DNA from: Saccostrea cucullata
Lineage: Eukaryota
NCBI RefSeq assembly: GCF_032062105.1
Contig: NW_026935030.1
Coordinates: 372,001-436,000, forward strand
Length of the DNA stretch: 64,000 nucleotides
Reading direction: 5' to 3'
The translations under genes were made by a program, and so were the position numbers. The notes beneath the pieces were generated by a model. The model had not been told where the DNA came from. It made no database searches and was given only the letters and a program-made list of their open reading frames with translations. Positions 39,001 to 51,666 of the stretch are shown in pieces (position 1 is the stretch's first letter; each line of letters begins with the position of its first letter).

Positions 39001-40251
39001 TGCTAGATTCTTCCAGCAGCATATCTCGCAATGATTTCAAAAAGCAACTTAGTTTCATCAAATCGGTTGTAAATGTATTTGACATTAATCCACAAAAAAC
39101 TGCGGTAGGAGTATCCACTTTTAGTGATGATTTTCGGTCTGTTATCCATCTCAATGAATTCACGTCAAAGGAGAGTATTTTCAAGGCTGTCGACAAAGTT
39201 CCTTATCTCAGAGGCGGGACAGACACAGGGAATGCCCTTAAGAACATAATAGACTTTGATTTTAAATTCGCTCGTCCAAATGTTGCCCACATCCTTATTA
39301 TTATAACTGATGGTTTATCACGTGACCCTTTTGAGACTTTTCTACAAGCGAGCAAACTTAAGAAAACCGGAGTTTCTATTTTTGCGATAGGTGTGGGGCC
39401 TTTTGTGGATCAGAAAGAACTAAAAACTATGGCAAGCCCTCCAAAAGAAGGCCTTGATTTTGTATTCAACTTCTCAACGTATGATGCGTTACATTCTATT
39501 AAGAATCTACTTGCCATCAAAACATGTGTCATTGCTGGACTGCATATGAAAGACCGTCGTAAGTATCCAGTATTTTGAGAGGAAGAATAATTTATTTGAT
39601 AAAATTCATGGGTAATGTATTATTGTTAAATTCGATACTCAATCTAATGACGATCACCAGTAAGGTTAATAATAAAGGAAATTGAAAAATGGATTAATTT
39701 TACTTTCAGCAATTTGCATTTTGAACAAACCCGTTGACATTGTCTTCACCTTTAATGCTGCTACAATTGGAAATCGTGGCACTCGAAGTATTTTGAAAAC
39801 AGTCCAAAACTTTGAAAAATTGAGATTTCAAAATGAATCAGACATGCGTGTTGGCGTCATTTCTCAATCATGTGCTTATGGGGGTGACCTTCCATTACAG
39901 ACCCCAAACAAAAATTTAGCAGTAACATTTGATAAGATGTCTTTCCTCATTAAAAGAACGAAAAGCTATGGATTGACCGAGGAGAATGGTGCCAGAAGCG
40001 AGGCAGTCCACATTGTTGTTCTAATTGTTGACACACTTCTGACAATGGAGGACGAGATAGAGATTCTGGAGTTAGAGGCTATTGTAAATAAAATGTATAT
40101 TGCCTACGTGGGCAACATTCACAATAAAAATTCCATTCTCAGTGTTTCCTCGGCTTCTGTGACAACTCTTTCATTGGTTGACTTCACGGCTATAGAGAGC
40201 CTATCGGGATATCTTCAAGAGGAAATATGTCAAATGGTTCAGATTAATTAA
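30084..40251 (+). CDS. Secreted triple-VWA (matrilin/collagen VI-like) protein A, ~709 aa if reconstructed; exon 2 is interrupted by a transposon in this sequence. Exons: 30084-30119, [30270-30286 + 36098-36111], 36230-36802, 37327-37398, 37774-37845, 38072-38143, 38342-38410, 38733-38804, 38968-39558, 39710-40251
   Basis: VWA1 VDLVFLIDSSSSI..GGTNT..VVITDG; VWA2 ADVLFLLDSSSSI..GGTDT..IIITDG; VWA3 lacks MIDAS (FTFNAATI). Reconstructed N-terminus MLRCIFFSVMIM|VSMGSLTGCE|SLQC uses a GC donor (ATG|GCAAGT). The downstream exons are well supported; the first two exons are inferred. Confidence 0.82.
30801..30893. mobile_element. 93-bp MITE with 9-bp TSD (degenerate sibling at ~32462-32522)
   Basis: TIR TAGCTGCAGAACTGTAGCTCTCCGAA (1 mismatch); TSD TAATGGAAT (30792-30800, 30894-30902). 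Confidence 0.88.
32806..35666 (-). mobile_element. Non-LTR retrotransposon (APE endonuclease + RT, RTE/RTEX-like), frameshifted
   Basis: EN start IKLLSLNVCG, LLGDFNSR, STVDYVL; RT QTGFRKGYST, FIDFKQAFD, GVRQGENLSPFLF, YSDD, PVLLYGCEIWG; 3' tail AATAAA(TTGAA)n; flanked by 108-bp direct repeats. Confidence 0.9.
37327..38804 (+). repeat. Five tandemly duplicated 69-72-nt symmetric (phase 1-1) exons of VWA protein A
   Basis: Each starts AG|AAATTCATCA (xIHQS/T) and ends A/T|GT(A/G)AGT; flanking intron sequence is also duplicated (e.g. 37846-38030 vs 38144-38330). Confidence 0.88.
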
Positions 40252-41225
40252 AAAAGAAGCAAGAAACAGATCAAAACTAGTAAAAAAAGGTATAAATTAA
40301 AAGACATCAAATGAAAATCAAACAATCAAGCAATACTTTTTTTAATTGTTAGTACTTTATTTTCTTCTGAAAAATACATTCACATATAATATGTTTTATA
40401 TAAATGAATAAAAAGAAATAAAACGATTTCCTAAAGGTTGTGTTCTTTTGTCTTTTTGGGAAAAAAATTCAAGAATAAAGAAGCCAAATCCTAAAATTCA
40501 ATTAGGGGGGGGTGTAAATTTAGAGGAAATATGAATGACAAATACTTGTACGTTTATACTGATTGATACAAGATTCAAATCTTAAGACAAAGTAAGTAAA
40601 ATAAATCTTATACATGTGTATATATCTAGACGTGAAAGCATTTACGAGAATTTATAAATACAATATAAAGAAATCTTGTAAACCATATCAGACCCGTAGT
40701 AATTGCATAATTGAATATATTTTAGACACTTATTATTGTCCGTTCATGCTACTTAAGATAGAATCGTGGACTGCTCTAGAAATTTAAAATTCAATGTTGT
40801 AGTAAAAATTCTATGGAACATAATGATTACATATCAGAGAAAAAAAAAAAAAAAATACATATACAATAAAATTGATTTTGAGATTGGTCTAAATGTAGTG
40901 GATGATAGCATGAAAACTAGGTATTATAAAATTTACTAAATTGGGTTTTGGTTTACAATAATGAATGAGATACTGAATACTTGTTAACGAATAATACAGG
41001 GTTTTGAGCCATTGAATTATTTTTAAACATTTTGTATCGAACTTTTAAATTACACTTTATTTTTTATTATTTGTACAAGTCAAACAAAAATAGGTCAATA
41101 TAAACAAATGTCTCTCTTACAAATCCAATAAAGATATTTGATAAAAACAACAGTAAAATGAAACGTTAGATGGTAATTGTAATACGTCTGTACTCAAGTA
41201 GCTAGGAATATAATGAAGAAAAGGT

Positions 41226-44200
41226 TTAGTTATTCAAGCTAAGCACAAATGATCTCTTTATGGCTGTGCAAAGTTTATCGAGAATTCTACTGAAAGATGT
41301 GCTCAGATCGGAGTATTGGGGAACCCGTACAAGAAAATTAAAGTTGGGATCGGACGCCAGATCTGCTGCAAATGCTGTGTTTTGTCGGTCGCCGATGGCG
41401 ATGACCATAAGTTCAAAATTGTTATTTCTCTTCATAAATTCTATAGCTTCTCTCTCCCCAGTCGTACTTTCATCCACAATAAGCACACCAATTCTCTTCA
41501 CATTTGAACTGATTGGAAAACTCTTATTCATCGACTGTAATAACTGCCCTATACCGGGAAATTTGAGCTCTGTGAACAGTTTAGTATCACGTCCTAGCGG
41601 TACGTTACTGTATCGTGGACAATTGTCAGTGATGCGACCAACGTTTACTTTACCAGTCGACAAATCGAGACTGGACACAAGCGTGTGGATAAATCGGCCA
41701 ATAACTTCACTTTTCCTGAATCCAAGACTAGAAACGTCGTACGCAAACAGGACATCTGTTTCTTTGTCTCCACTACATGCTAAAAAGAGGTTGAATACTT
41801 CAATATGTACTTGAAAAAAGTTAATTGGCTTTTTAAACCTGGCCTATTTATATAAGGAAGAAACTCAGAAGGACCTAATTATTGTTTTATCGAGTAGGTG
41901 TTATGTCATTGTTCGTGTTCTTCCGTTAAATCAAGAGCCACTTATTCCTTTCTCATTTTTTGAAAGATAATATTTCTGTGAAATGTAATGAAGTAATTTC
42001 CAATGGCAATAAAAAAAATCTTCCTTCCTCCCTTTTCCGAAATATAATGTTTTAACCTTGAATTATCTTTGTATAAAACTAACGATATTGCCTTATTCTC
42101 TGAAGAAATATGTCTCAAATTTCAAGAGGACTTCTTAAAGATTATAATCACAATGATAAAATAAGGTCAAACATTTAACAAAAAATGAAATAGTAAGTGT
42201 TTATATCCTTTATACTTACTTTGAAGATTTTGTGGAACGTCTGGTATAACAGCACATGTAGAGAGTACCAATAAATCTTTAATTGCATGAAGACCATTAA
42301 AGTCACTGACGTGGAAGACGTGCTTGCTGTTAGGGTCATTTGCTATTCTCTTCAACTCTGTCTTGTCAACTTTGTCCCCAATTCCAATTGCAAAGATGGT
42401 TATGTTTTCATTTCTTGCAAGTTCAGATTGCTCCATAGTTTTTTGAGGTAATCTTGAAATGCCATCAGTCATGACAATAGCAATTTTGATAGCACCAGGA
42501 CGAGTCACCCCTTCTCGGAAGCCGTACTGGCGGACGAATCTGATGGCTTCATTTGTGTTGGTCACCCCTTTGCTATATGTCACGCCACTAATCTGTCTCT
42601 TGAGCTCCTCCCGTGTTCGTTTTGAATCCAGAGCAACAACATTTCGTGTTCTGTTGCTAAACACCACAACTCCTGCCCTGATCCTTCCATGGACGTTGTC
42701 AATCTTCAAATCATCTATCATTGCGTTGACAAAATTTAGTTCTTTATCAAAGTCCACTTTCCAAATGCTACTAGAAGCATCTAGAACAAAATAGATATCA
42801 GCCTCCTTTTTTCCACAATCTGTAAAAAACAAAACAAATACCAGGTACATTTTACAAAATTATTTTCTCCATAGTTACAAAAAAGGATTAATGCCATGCT
42901 CCTTTGTCAATTTAAAGCATATTCAGACAAAGATTATGAAAAGTTGGCATCTTTGCAAGGTTTATCTTTGAGATGTCCGCGTGGATGTACTTCAACAATC
43001 AAAAAGCTGTTTTGTTTCTGTGTTTTAGTTGTTTTGTATGCTCAATTGATTTTTCCCTTGTTATTTGTTTTATTCTATTTTGTTTTCCTTGAATCAGTTT
43101 TGTTTATTGGGTCTTAATGTTTCTTGTTTAAAAATATGTCTCTAATACATATTACATAATTTGGAAAATATTTTTGATATTTTATTTTAGTTTCGTATAG
43201 CGACGTCTGTAACATTTTGGTGATAGGCAAAAGCTTACTTTAGGAGCATGACTATATTTAAATATTGTTCACATTTGATTTCCTAAAATTTATATCAGTT
43301 GTTACATAACTTTTCAATCAACCTTATTTAATGATTATTTATGTATTTAATACAATTTATAAATTATAAAGTGGAAAAAGCAGAATGCTTTATTCGGCTG
43401 CTATTTACAACGGATGTTACGATTTAATCAGCTTTATTCTTTGTGTTATCTGCAGGGAAGCCATTGACTACATGTATCTTTATTGTAAGTAGTCTAAGGT
43501 GCCCTTGTTCTTTCCGTAAACAAAACACTTAAAATTTGGAACAAACTTTAACTTCCTTGTTTTATCATCTTCAAATCATCTTTAAAGGGAAGAAATAACT
43601 TTTACGAGGAAAGCAGCATGCTTATTTAAAAAAAAAATCTTTCTTTATGAGCATCTTGGGATAAATATTTTAGAAAAGAATCCTAAAATGTATAAAGAAA
43701 AAATAAAAGACTAGAAACATCGGGGATAACTCCAATTATAATAAAATAGTCTCTTCTACGCCTTGACAAATGATATTAATACACTGTCTTAAGACACGTG
43801 GGTGGTGAAAACGTAATTGATAATTAAGTTAAAGTGGTCCACTTACAGTCAGCGGGCTTGTCGCTTAAGAACTTGTGGTAATGATTGGTGTTAGGTTGAT
43901 CGTGATACTGGTAATAGTGCGACTTGTAGAACGCCTCTGGCACCGACACGTCCTTGGATGCTATAGCTGTGGAAGGTGGAGGTGTTGTGGTAGTTGTTGT
44001 TGTTGTTGTTGTGGTGGTGGTGGTAGTGGTCACTTTAATGAAAAATTGTAACATTAACAAAACTGACTTTTAAATGGCATTGACTTCTTCTTGATTTTTT
44101 AATTAAACTTAAATTACTCTTGATAATGCAAAAGATTCATCATTTTCCCCCTATTATTTAGAATTGCTTTGTTAACATTATGAATACAATCCTTGATGTT

Positions 44201-45294
44201 AATATAGATCACTGAATTTTAAAAAAGCTATATATTTATTAACATGTACCACAATTCTAAAGAAATCAGATCTCCAATGGGGCATATTCAACCAAAGCCA
44301 AGAAACATATGAATGTTAAAACATCTCAACTATTTGTAAAGCGTACCTTCGCATGCATTCGATGGCAATCTGTCTTTAATGCCACCAAGTTCCGAGTAGG
44401 ATGATACTGTGAAGACATGTTGTCCAATTGGTTCACTCCCAATACCTTCTAGTTCATGAAGATCAAGGTATTTACCAACACCTATGGCAAATATTTTAAT
44501 ACCCTTTTCTCTGGCAATTTTTGCAGCCTCTAGGGTGGATTCCCTATTCTGTGACCTTCCATCAGTGATGATGATTGCAACATGATTAGCGTTCGGTCGT
44601 CCTCCGTACCTTTCATTAAACATATAGCCATATAAAAACTTAAGTGCGGAAGCAGTATTCGTGCGGTAGCCATTTTTGTGCCTGATGTACCGAAGAGCAG
44701 TTTTCACCCTTCTTTTGTCAAGATATGACCGCAGATAAAATTGGGGCCAGAACGTTTGTGCAAAAGTTATTGCACCCACTCTTGTGTCATGTATGTCCGG
44801 TCCAATTTTAAATTCGTCGACAATGTTTTCGACGAAAGCCATTTGTTTTTTGAAGTCTGGTCCCCAGATACTTCTAGAGGTATCCAGAAGGAAGACAAGA
44901 TCGATGCCCTTACAAGGGGCTTGTCCATTTTCTAAAACTATGTTAAAACGAAAGATTACAAAAATAATAACGTACAAGCAACCGTTTCTGGATATTTTAA
45001 ATAGTCATATTTGATTCGTTACTTGTTAGCTGTGTTTTCTTGAGGACTACGCATGGTCATATTTCAATTGCTTGAATTTGTATTTTTTTTTTCTAAATAA
45101 TTGGGATGAAAAATGTTACCTTCATTATTAATGTTCTTGCCAGACTGAAATAAAATAAAATAAGAATTATGAATTATCAAAAAAAAAAAAAAAATCAAAT
45201 CATTTAAGGAAAAAAAAATATCGACACAAATAAAACTCACCACAAAGTTGATAAGTAACAAGGTTGTAAATATTTCACAGAATACCATGTCCAT
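41226..45294 (-). CDS. Secreted triple-VWA protein B, ~669 aa. Exons: 45294-45241, 45144-45120, 44937-44347, 44032-43847, 42819-42220, 41779-41226
   Basis: Signal peptide MDMVFCEIFTTLLLINFVSG; VWA1 IDLVFLLDTSRSI..TNT..IIITDG; linker Thr16-PPP plus His/Tyr-rich segment; VWA2 ADIYFVLDASSSI..VMTDG; VWA3 degenerate (LFAYDVSSLG); GT-AG introns, phases consistent. Confidence 0.88.
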
Positions 45295-47246
45295 AAAAGG
45301 TTACTTGTATCACTGTAGGCAAACAAAAGTCTTGAATTGTCGAACATCGATGAATCTTTTTTTTATATAACCATGTGATCTCTAAGTACCACTCACGTCA
45401 AGGAAAAAGAGGTGGTTATATTTTTAATGCAAATGCACGTAATGTTTGAAAAACAGGCATGCAATTGTTACGACTGATTTGTGATTACGCCTTGATTTCT
45501 GTTATCAATTTTTAGCTTATGTTATACTACATTTCAAAGATGACTCCATATATTCTATTATCAAAATATCAAAATCCAGTATCCAGTCAGTTACCAGACC
45601 TTGGCATATCTTAGTATCATGAAATAAGACAATATGCCCAAGGTATGTCACCTGGACTTGAATTGAATAGCTCCTTATTTCCTTATTTGTATAATATTAC
45701 AATTGAATTCATTTCGTGTATAAAAAAATCTAACCAATTATCAACTCCCATCTCAAACTCGACCTAACGGGCATCACTTGATTTCTGTCCTCAGACATAG
45801 GGCATCTTCCTTTTTTAAGGGGATTGGCAACGAGATAATCAGTAAAAAAATACCTTTCAAAAAAATCACTGACAATGAAACAATATTACACAAGCAAAAA
45901 AAAAAAGAAAAAAAAAAACAAAAAAAAAACGAAAGAAACAAAAAATAATAATCATAATAAAAAGGAGGGAAAATAGAAAGCAACACACAAAAAAACCCAC
46001 AAAGGGACAGACCATATGAATAAAAGGCAAGGTCAGCATTGAAAAAATAACTAACTCTAAATGTGAAAGATAAGGAACAGTGATCGAACTTACTCTAAAA
46101 ATCATGAAGGATACAAATATGTGAATGGGGAATAAAACACGGATCCCGGGAAATTCAAGAGGTGGAATCAGGAGCTTAAGAGGGACCCCATCTCCTGTCG
46201 ACTGGATACACCCGCCCCGAGTCTTATTATATCTATTGATCAGGTAGACAGACTTATCCGTAGTAAATTCTTAAAGAAAAAGTTTTCAGAGATAGTATGA
46301 AACAAGTCAGCCAGAATAAGACCCTATGGTAAGTTATATTTGATAACAAGGTCATTATAAGGAGAATATACTTAATAAAATGTTGAATGGGAATGAGGCT
46401 GTAACATCAACTTATCAGTCAGTAGTCTGCCACGCTTTAAAAAAGTATCAAACACAGAAAAAGCTTTTGAGTAGCGAGCAAGTCAACTGAAGCTGAAGTC
46501 ATTCTGTTTGTTTTGCAATTTAGTTTTTACATGGCCTTTGTTGTCTATAGTTAGTAAAATGTCTAAATATGAAACAGGTGTGACAGACACCTTGGTGATT
46601 TAAAAAAAAAATTTCAATTTCATTAGGATCTATTTAGTCAACGTACGAATAAAAAAACTATTGTGAATTGAAAAAAAAACCACATATGAATGTCGAATTA
46701 AAAGGCCAAATAAGTGTTTTCCTTTCCTCCCATAGAGGTTTTGCTCTACGCATGAAAAATTTTTTTCGGAATACTTTGTTGGAAAACTTGGTCTCTGAAT
46801 ACTACCGGTACATAAAAACCGTCAATGAGAAACTCCAGCACCTTTTAAATATCAACTTCAGAATATATGTGTATAATACAATCAGACTTCAGAGTAGTTT
46901 TTAGCGACGTAATTTTGCTGATGACTAATCACAAGATGTGAAAATGTCCCGCGTTCTTTTTTAATTTTTAATTAAGATGCGGTTGTCTAGGAAATCAAAA
47001 TATCTAGATTTTAATTTTTATGTAATAGAATTTTAAAAAATATATAATACAGTTTGTAACAATACTTGAGAGATTCTGAGTATAAACATCTGATTAACAC
47101 CACTTCTAGAATAAGCTGTAACACAGCGTAACAAATAAAAGGATGCATGAATTAAAATTTTACAATTTCTACGTTCGTGTCATAAGTTGTTTTAGTGTTT
47201 TTTTCCGTAAATATGCATTTGAAACTTGACATCTATTTTATTTGAA

Positions 47247-47532
47247 GATTGATTGATTGATTACAACTGTTGTTTAACGTCCCTCTCAAGAATTTTCCAC
47301 ACATGGAGACGCCACCACTTGCCGATGGAGGTCTACAAATTTTGTCCTATTCTCGGCACTCACGGCCATTGAAGAGTGAGGGATTTTTTGTGCCAAAACC
47401 TACTGCGATTTGGGACTCGGTTTACACGGTCTCATCCGAAGGACCGGTCCCACAGTGGGATTCGAACCCGCGACGTTAGGATTGACTCCTTACTCCGCGA
47501 CTCTAGAGCAGACGTACGCTATTAACCACTGT
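47247..47532 (-). mobile_element. tRNA-derived SINE
   Basis: Minus-strand box B GGTTCGAATCCC, box A-like CAGTGGTTAATAGCG, (CAAT)n tail. Confidence 0.72.
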
Positions 47533-48212
47533 GAAAATAAGAAACGATGATCGATCTCAAAAGAAAAATCTGAAGGACCAAAGTTTTACAAAACTAAAAA
47601 AACACACCTCAAGAACAGCGTTCTGATTGAAAATACTGATATGCAACCATTATCGAAAGTGCAAAAAATACAGTGGGTATTCAAGTAAGGGTCACTAACA
47701 GAGGTACAAGAATGAACATTGTGGTCTAATGGGTCCCTTGATAGAAATGTGTTAAATATTAAATAACTGATTTTTTTTACAGTAAGTCCCATTATATAGC
47801 AATGTCTTCTATGATATTGTAAAAAAAAAGGGGGGATGGGGGCAAACTTTGTTAATTATATGATCATGATGATTCAAAAATAAAACCAATCTTTCTTAAT
47901 TGCTTACATTTGTTGACATCTTTGTCGTGTGCTTTAAGAGAAGTGGGATTAAAATAAATATAATCGATTGTATTGATGTGGAATTTCTTTTATTTATTTT
48001 GATCCGATCTAAAAACATAGTAAAAATGTTTACGTGAAAATTGAGTGCAGGTTTGTAACTATCGGAAGGTCATGCGCAGTTGAATATTATTTACCCAGTA
48101 GTTCCATTTCTTGAATGTTGAATCTCAGCCAATCAGAGTTAAAAATTATATAAGTATATAGTAAAAAATTTAAAGTCAGGTATTTATATAAAATTCAATC
48201 TCTGTAAATATT

Positions 48213-48602
48213 GAATGAAATTCATGAATAACTTTCCCTTTTCCATGTCAGGACTTAACTTCCAATCAATTTTGTAATTAAGCTGTAAAACAATTAAAAT
48301 TGATGCTTAACAACTTTATTTTTATATTTATTTGATAAAAAAATCAATGATCTACATTCATAAAAACTCATATTTACTGAGGAAGTCAGGTTCTTTGTCC
48401 ATGTTTGGTGTAGCTGTGCTTGGAAGTCAGGACTCTGCTGTAAACATAATGTAAACAAGAATGAAATTCATGAATAACTTTCCCTTTTCCATGTCAGGAC
48501 TTAACTTCCAATCAATTTTGTAATTAAGCTGTAAAACAATTAAAATTGATGCTTAACAACTTTATTTTTATATTTATTTGATAAAAAAATCAATGATCTA
48601 CA
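48213..48602. repeat. 144-bp direct duplication (48213-48356, 48459-48602) with 102-bp spacer
   Basis: GAATGAAATTCATGAATAAC..AATCAATGATCTACA occurs twice, apparently identical. Confidence 0.9.
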
Positions 48603-51353
48603 ACGACAATCCTGCAATAAACTTGATCTCTTTATTGCCTAGTTTTGGAAGTCGATTGTTAATAATGTACCGTGTATATTTACTACATTGAAAACAATTT
48701 AAACAGGGAAATTTTCATTTAATATAAAACATTAATGATTAAAATGTGACTTTTTCAGATTCATTTTTCTGTGAAACCTGCAATCTTTGATGCGAACTCC
48801 TGAACGAATTTTGCTGTTAATTGCTCTGTAAGTTTCTGACAAGTTGTTTCCATTTCTTCAGCTGCTTGTTTAATCAAGTCTGCCTTTTCTTTTTCCTTTT
48901 CTTCTAGTTCCTTTTCGAGTTTTCCTCTTTCAGCTGCGAGTCTAGATATTTCTTTTTTATTTTCCTTATCTTTTTCCTTCAGTTCATTTATTTGGTTGTT
49001 TTTGATTTGAATGCGTGTCTTTAAATCTTTGATCGAAAGTTCCAAGCTCTTAACCTTCTCAACATGTTTTTTCTCTGTAGGAAACACGTACATATTATGA
49101 AGTAAAATGTAGGTAATATTTCTGAATGCATTTCAGTGCAATCTTATATCAAAATGTCTCCTACTGCGAATTGATAAGTGACATAATTATGTATTAAGCC
49201 AACTGCAATTACTTTCTTTTAGGGATGTCAACGAGTACCCGGTTAACCGGGTACTCGATCGAACGTCCGAGTATCGAATACTAAAATCGGTACTCGGTTA
49301 CTCGGATGTATATTTTTGAATTTTTCCAAGCTTATTTATTAATGCATTAACCAATTTGTTTTAAAACGTTAAATGTTCATTGCACCTGTACATATAGTAA
49401 TTAGGGTTTCCTACGCCTCTAAATGACCGTTATCGCCTGTGGCCGTGTTTATACAGTAATTATCATGACCAAGCACCTGTTACCTGGCTTTTCTCACCTC
49501 CAGCTGTCTTCTACCCTTATTTTTGGTTTGCTTAATTATTTGTTTTCACTGATCGTCGTTTAAGGTCTATTATGTTTAAACAGTTAGGTGATTTTGTCAA
49601 TTCGCCGAGAAGCCGTAAATTCTCTGGAAAAGAGATAGATGATATTACGTGTGCACGTGCGATTGTTGATGACATGTGGTTGTGTTTGATTACATACCAA
49701 TACAAATGGTTGATGGCAAAGGCTTTCAAAAAACCGATGTCCATCGTTGCACTAAACTACAAAATACCGTCCCTTAATACTATAAAATCTAGGATCGAAA
49801 AGTGTCTGAAAATCGTAAATCCGTTCTGTTAGGAGAACTTTATCAAGTTTAAGTTGATACTGTACGTAGCTCTGATACATGTTCACATCAAACGCAACAA
49901 AGAGTTACATTACAATTACGGAGCAGATTTAAAAAAAAAAAAAAAACACTGTGGACCACTTATGATTTTATTTCTTGTGTTTATCTGATAAATAAATACT
50001 AATGAAAATGTTATATTAAATTTCGTCGGGCGCGAACTGTTCATCATTGTTACAACAGAAATACATTTACGGGTAAACCTCCTATCAGAGCATGTGGCTT
50101 TATTTCTACAAAAGTTTACAATGTTTTACAGTCTTCAATTTAGTTCATATTTAGCTACACTTTACCGAGTACCCGAGTACTCGATCGGAAAAACGTCCGA
50201 GTAACCGAGTAATAAAAATTGACCGATTTGACATCCCTACTTTCTTTATAAAAATTTGAGATTTAAAGTTTGACATGTTGACACATTCTTTATCAAATGA
50301 AATAAGGTATTTTTTATGAAGTCTTTCATTACCTTCATCTTTCGGAATAATGCAGACAAAGTGCTGTTTGTTGATTAAACCAATTCTTATTGCTCTCTCC
50401 GTGGGCTTTGTGGGATAAAATATTACTTCCTCTTCTGACGGATAATATAAAACATTAACGTTTACAGAGAATGCGTCTGCTGTAAACATAATGTAAAACG
50501 GAAGCCAGGAAAATGCAGCTGGTTCATTTATGGTCATATCTTTCCATTCCATCGTTTTGGAAAACTCGCGCAGTATCTGGCAATAAAACATTAGAAATAA
50601 GAAATAAATATATTAACTGAATTGCATAAAAAATATTTTATTTTCATTTGACATACCTTCGTGTTCTTGGCATTAGCAATGGATATTTTTAGGGTTTCTT
50701 TAAGGGATTCCCAAGATGTTAATGTTTTATCCAAAGTCTTTCTTTCTACTTTTTCGATCTGTCTTTGTAACGCGGTATGAAGAGCAATGAATAACGAGTT
50801 TGGTCCACGTTGCTGTCTTGCAGTGTCCGACCTCCATCCATCTAGTATTTCCAGTGATAACTTACCCAGCCATTCTCTTGCAGGCCCATCGTCAAAGATT
50901 CCATCTTCCGGTTTGTATCCAATAAGAACTTGCAATCCATTTTTATTTTCTTGGAAGATAAAATGTTGAATATCTGTAATAAAGAAGGTAATTACAATGT
51001 AAATTGATAGCATAATTCCCTTGCATTTTACTTTTATACATGATTTTAAAATACTTACATTGCCTTCTTACGACATATAACCACGTCATAATTGTACTGC
51101 GGGCTTTCACATTTTTGACCATATTCTTCTTTATGCTACATAATGCATCCAGAGAATTTGTTATTGTTGATGGTCCCATCGGAATAAGATTTTCCTTATA
51201 AAGTGACATCCACAAGCCATGAATCTGTTGCTTATTTTCAAGTGGCGTGACTGTTGTCAGCTCATTGAACATTTTGTCGAGTGTTTGAGTGATTTGCGAG
51301 TATCTTATATTTGGTTTTCCCTCGGCCATTTTCAGAATCTCTTCCAACCACAT
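48598..51353 (-). CDS. Uncharacterised ~388-aa protein: putative death-fold-like N-terminus, OTU-like domain lacking the catalytic Cys, C-terminal coiled coil. Exons: 51353-51059, 50973-50657, 50576-50333, 49074-48778, 48611-48598 (or exon 4 reads through to the stop at 48761)
   Basis: Canonical GT-AG junctions, phases 1,0,1,1, open frame throughout; GPNSLFIALHTAL aligns to OTU DGNCLFxAL; SWLPFYIMFTADAFSVNVNV and IRIGLINKQHFVCI align to the OTU Trp-helix and His loop; heptad-rich KVKSLELSIKDLKTRIQ..KLEKELEEKEKEK. Confidence 0.75.
49220..50239 (+). mobile_element. hAT transposon deletion derivative (1020 bp) in an intron
   Basis: TIR TAGGGATGTCAA/TTGACATCCCTA, 8-bp TSD CTTTCTTT, subterminal CGAGTA/TACTCG repeats; ZBED/hAT-like transposase remnant (..AFKKPMSIVALNYKIPSLNTIKSRI) at 49572-49832. 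Confidence 0.9.
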
Positions 51354-51666
51354 ATATTAATATTCTACCTGAAGTTTTTATTTCTTGTTTCCCTCTTATT
51401 TAAATATCAAGGCTAATAATACAATTTTGTTTCGATTCATAGAGTACCAAATAGACCACAAATAAAAGAAATAATAACGTCCCTGAAATCTGAATTTAAA
51501 AGTTTAAAACCCTTTAAAAGATTCAAGAGTTCATTCTAAATATGTGATATTACCATGTCATTTGACATTTGACATTTGTCTATGTGCGAAACACATATTC
51601 ATGGTGGAAGATACCTTTCCATGCTATGAGATATCATCTGCTGACTAAAATCTATTTTCTGTAAAG

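Noticed and set aside
41260-41814. 184-aa plus-strand ORF and similar ORFs at 42459-42794, 44784-45014, 33502-33867, 34671-34997
   Set aside because: Antisense shadows of VWA exons or the LINE ORF; no independent motifs or splice support
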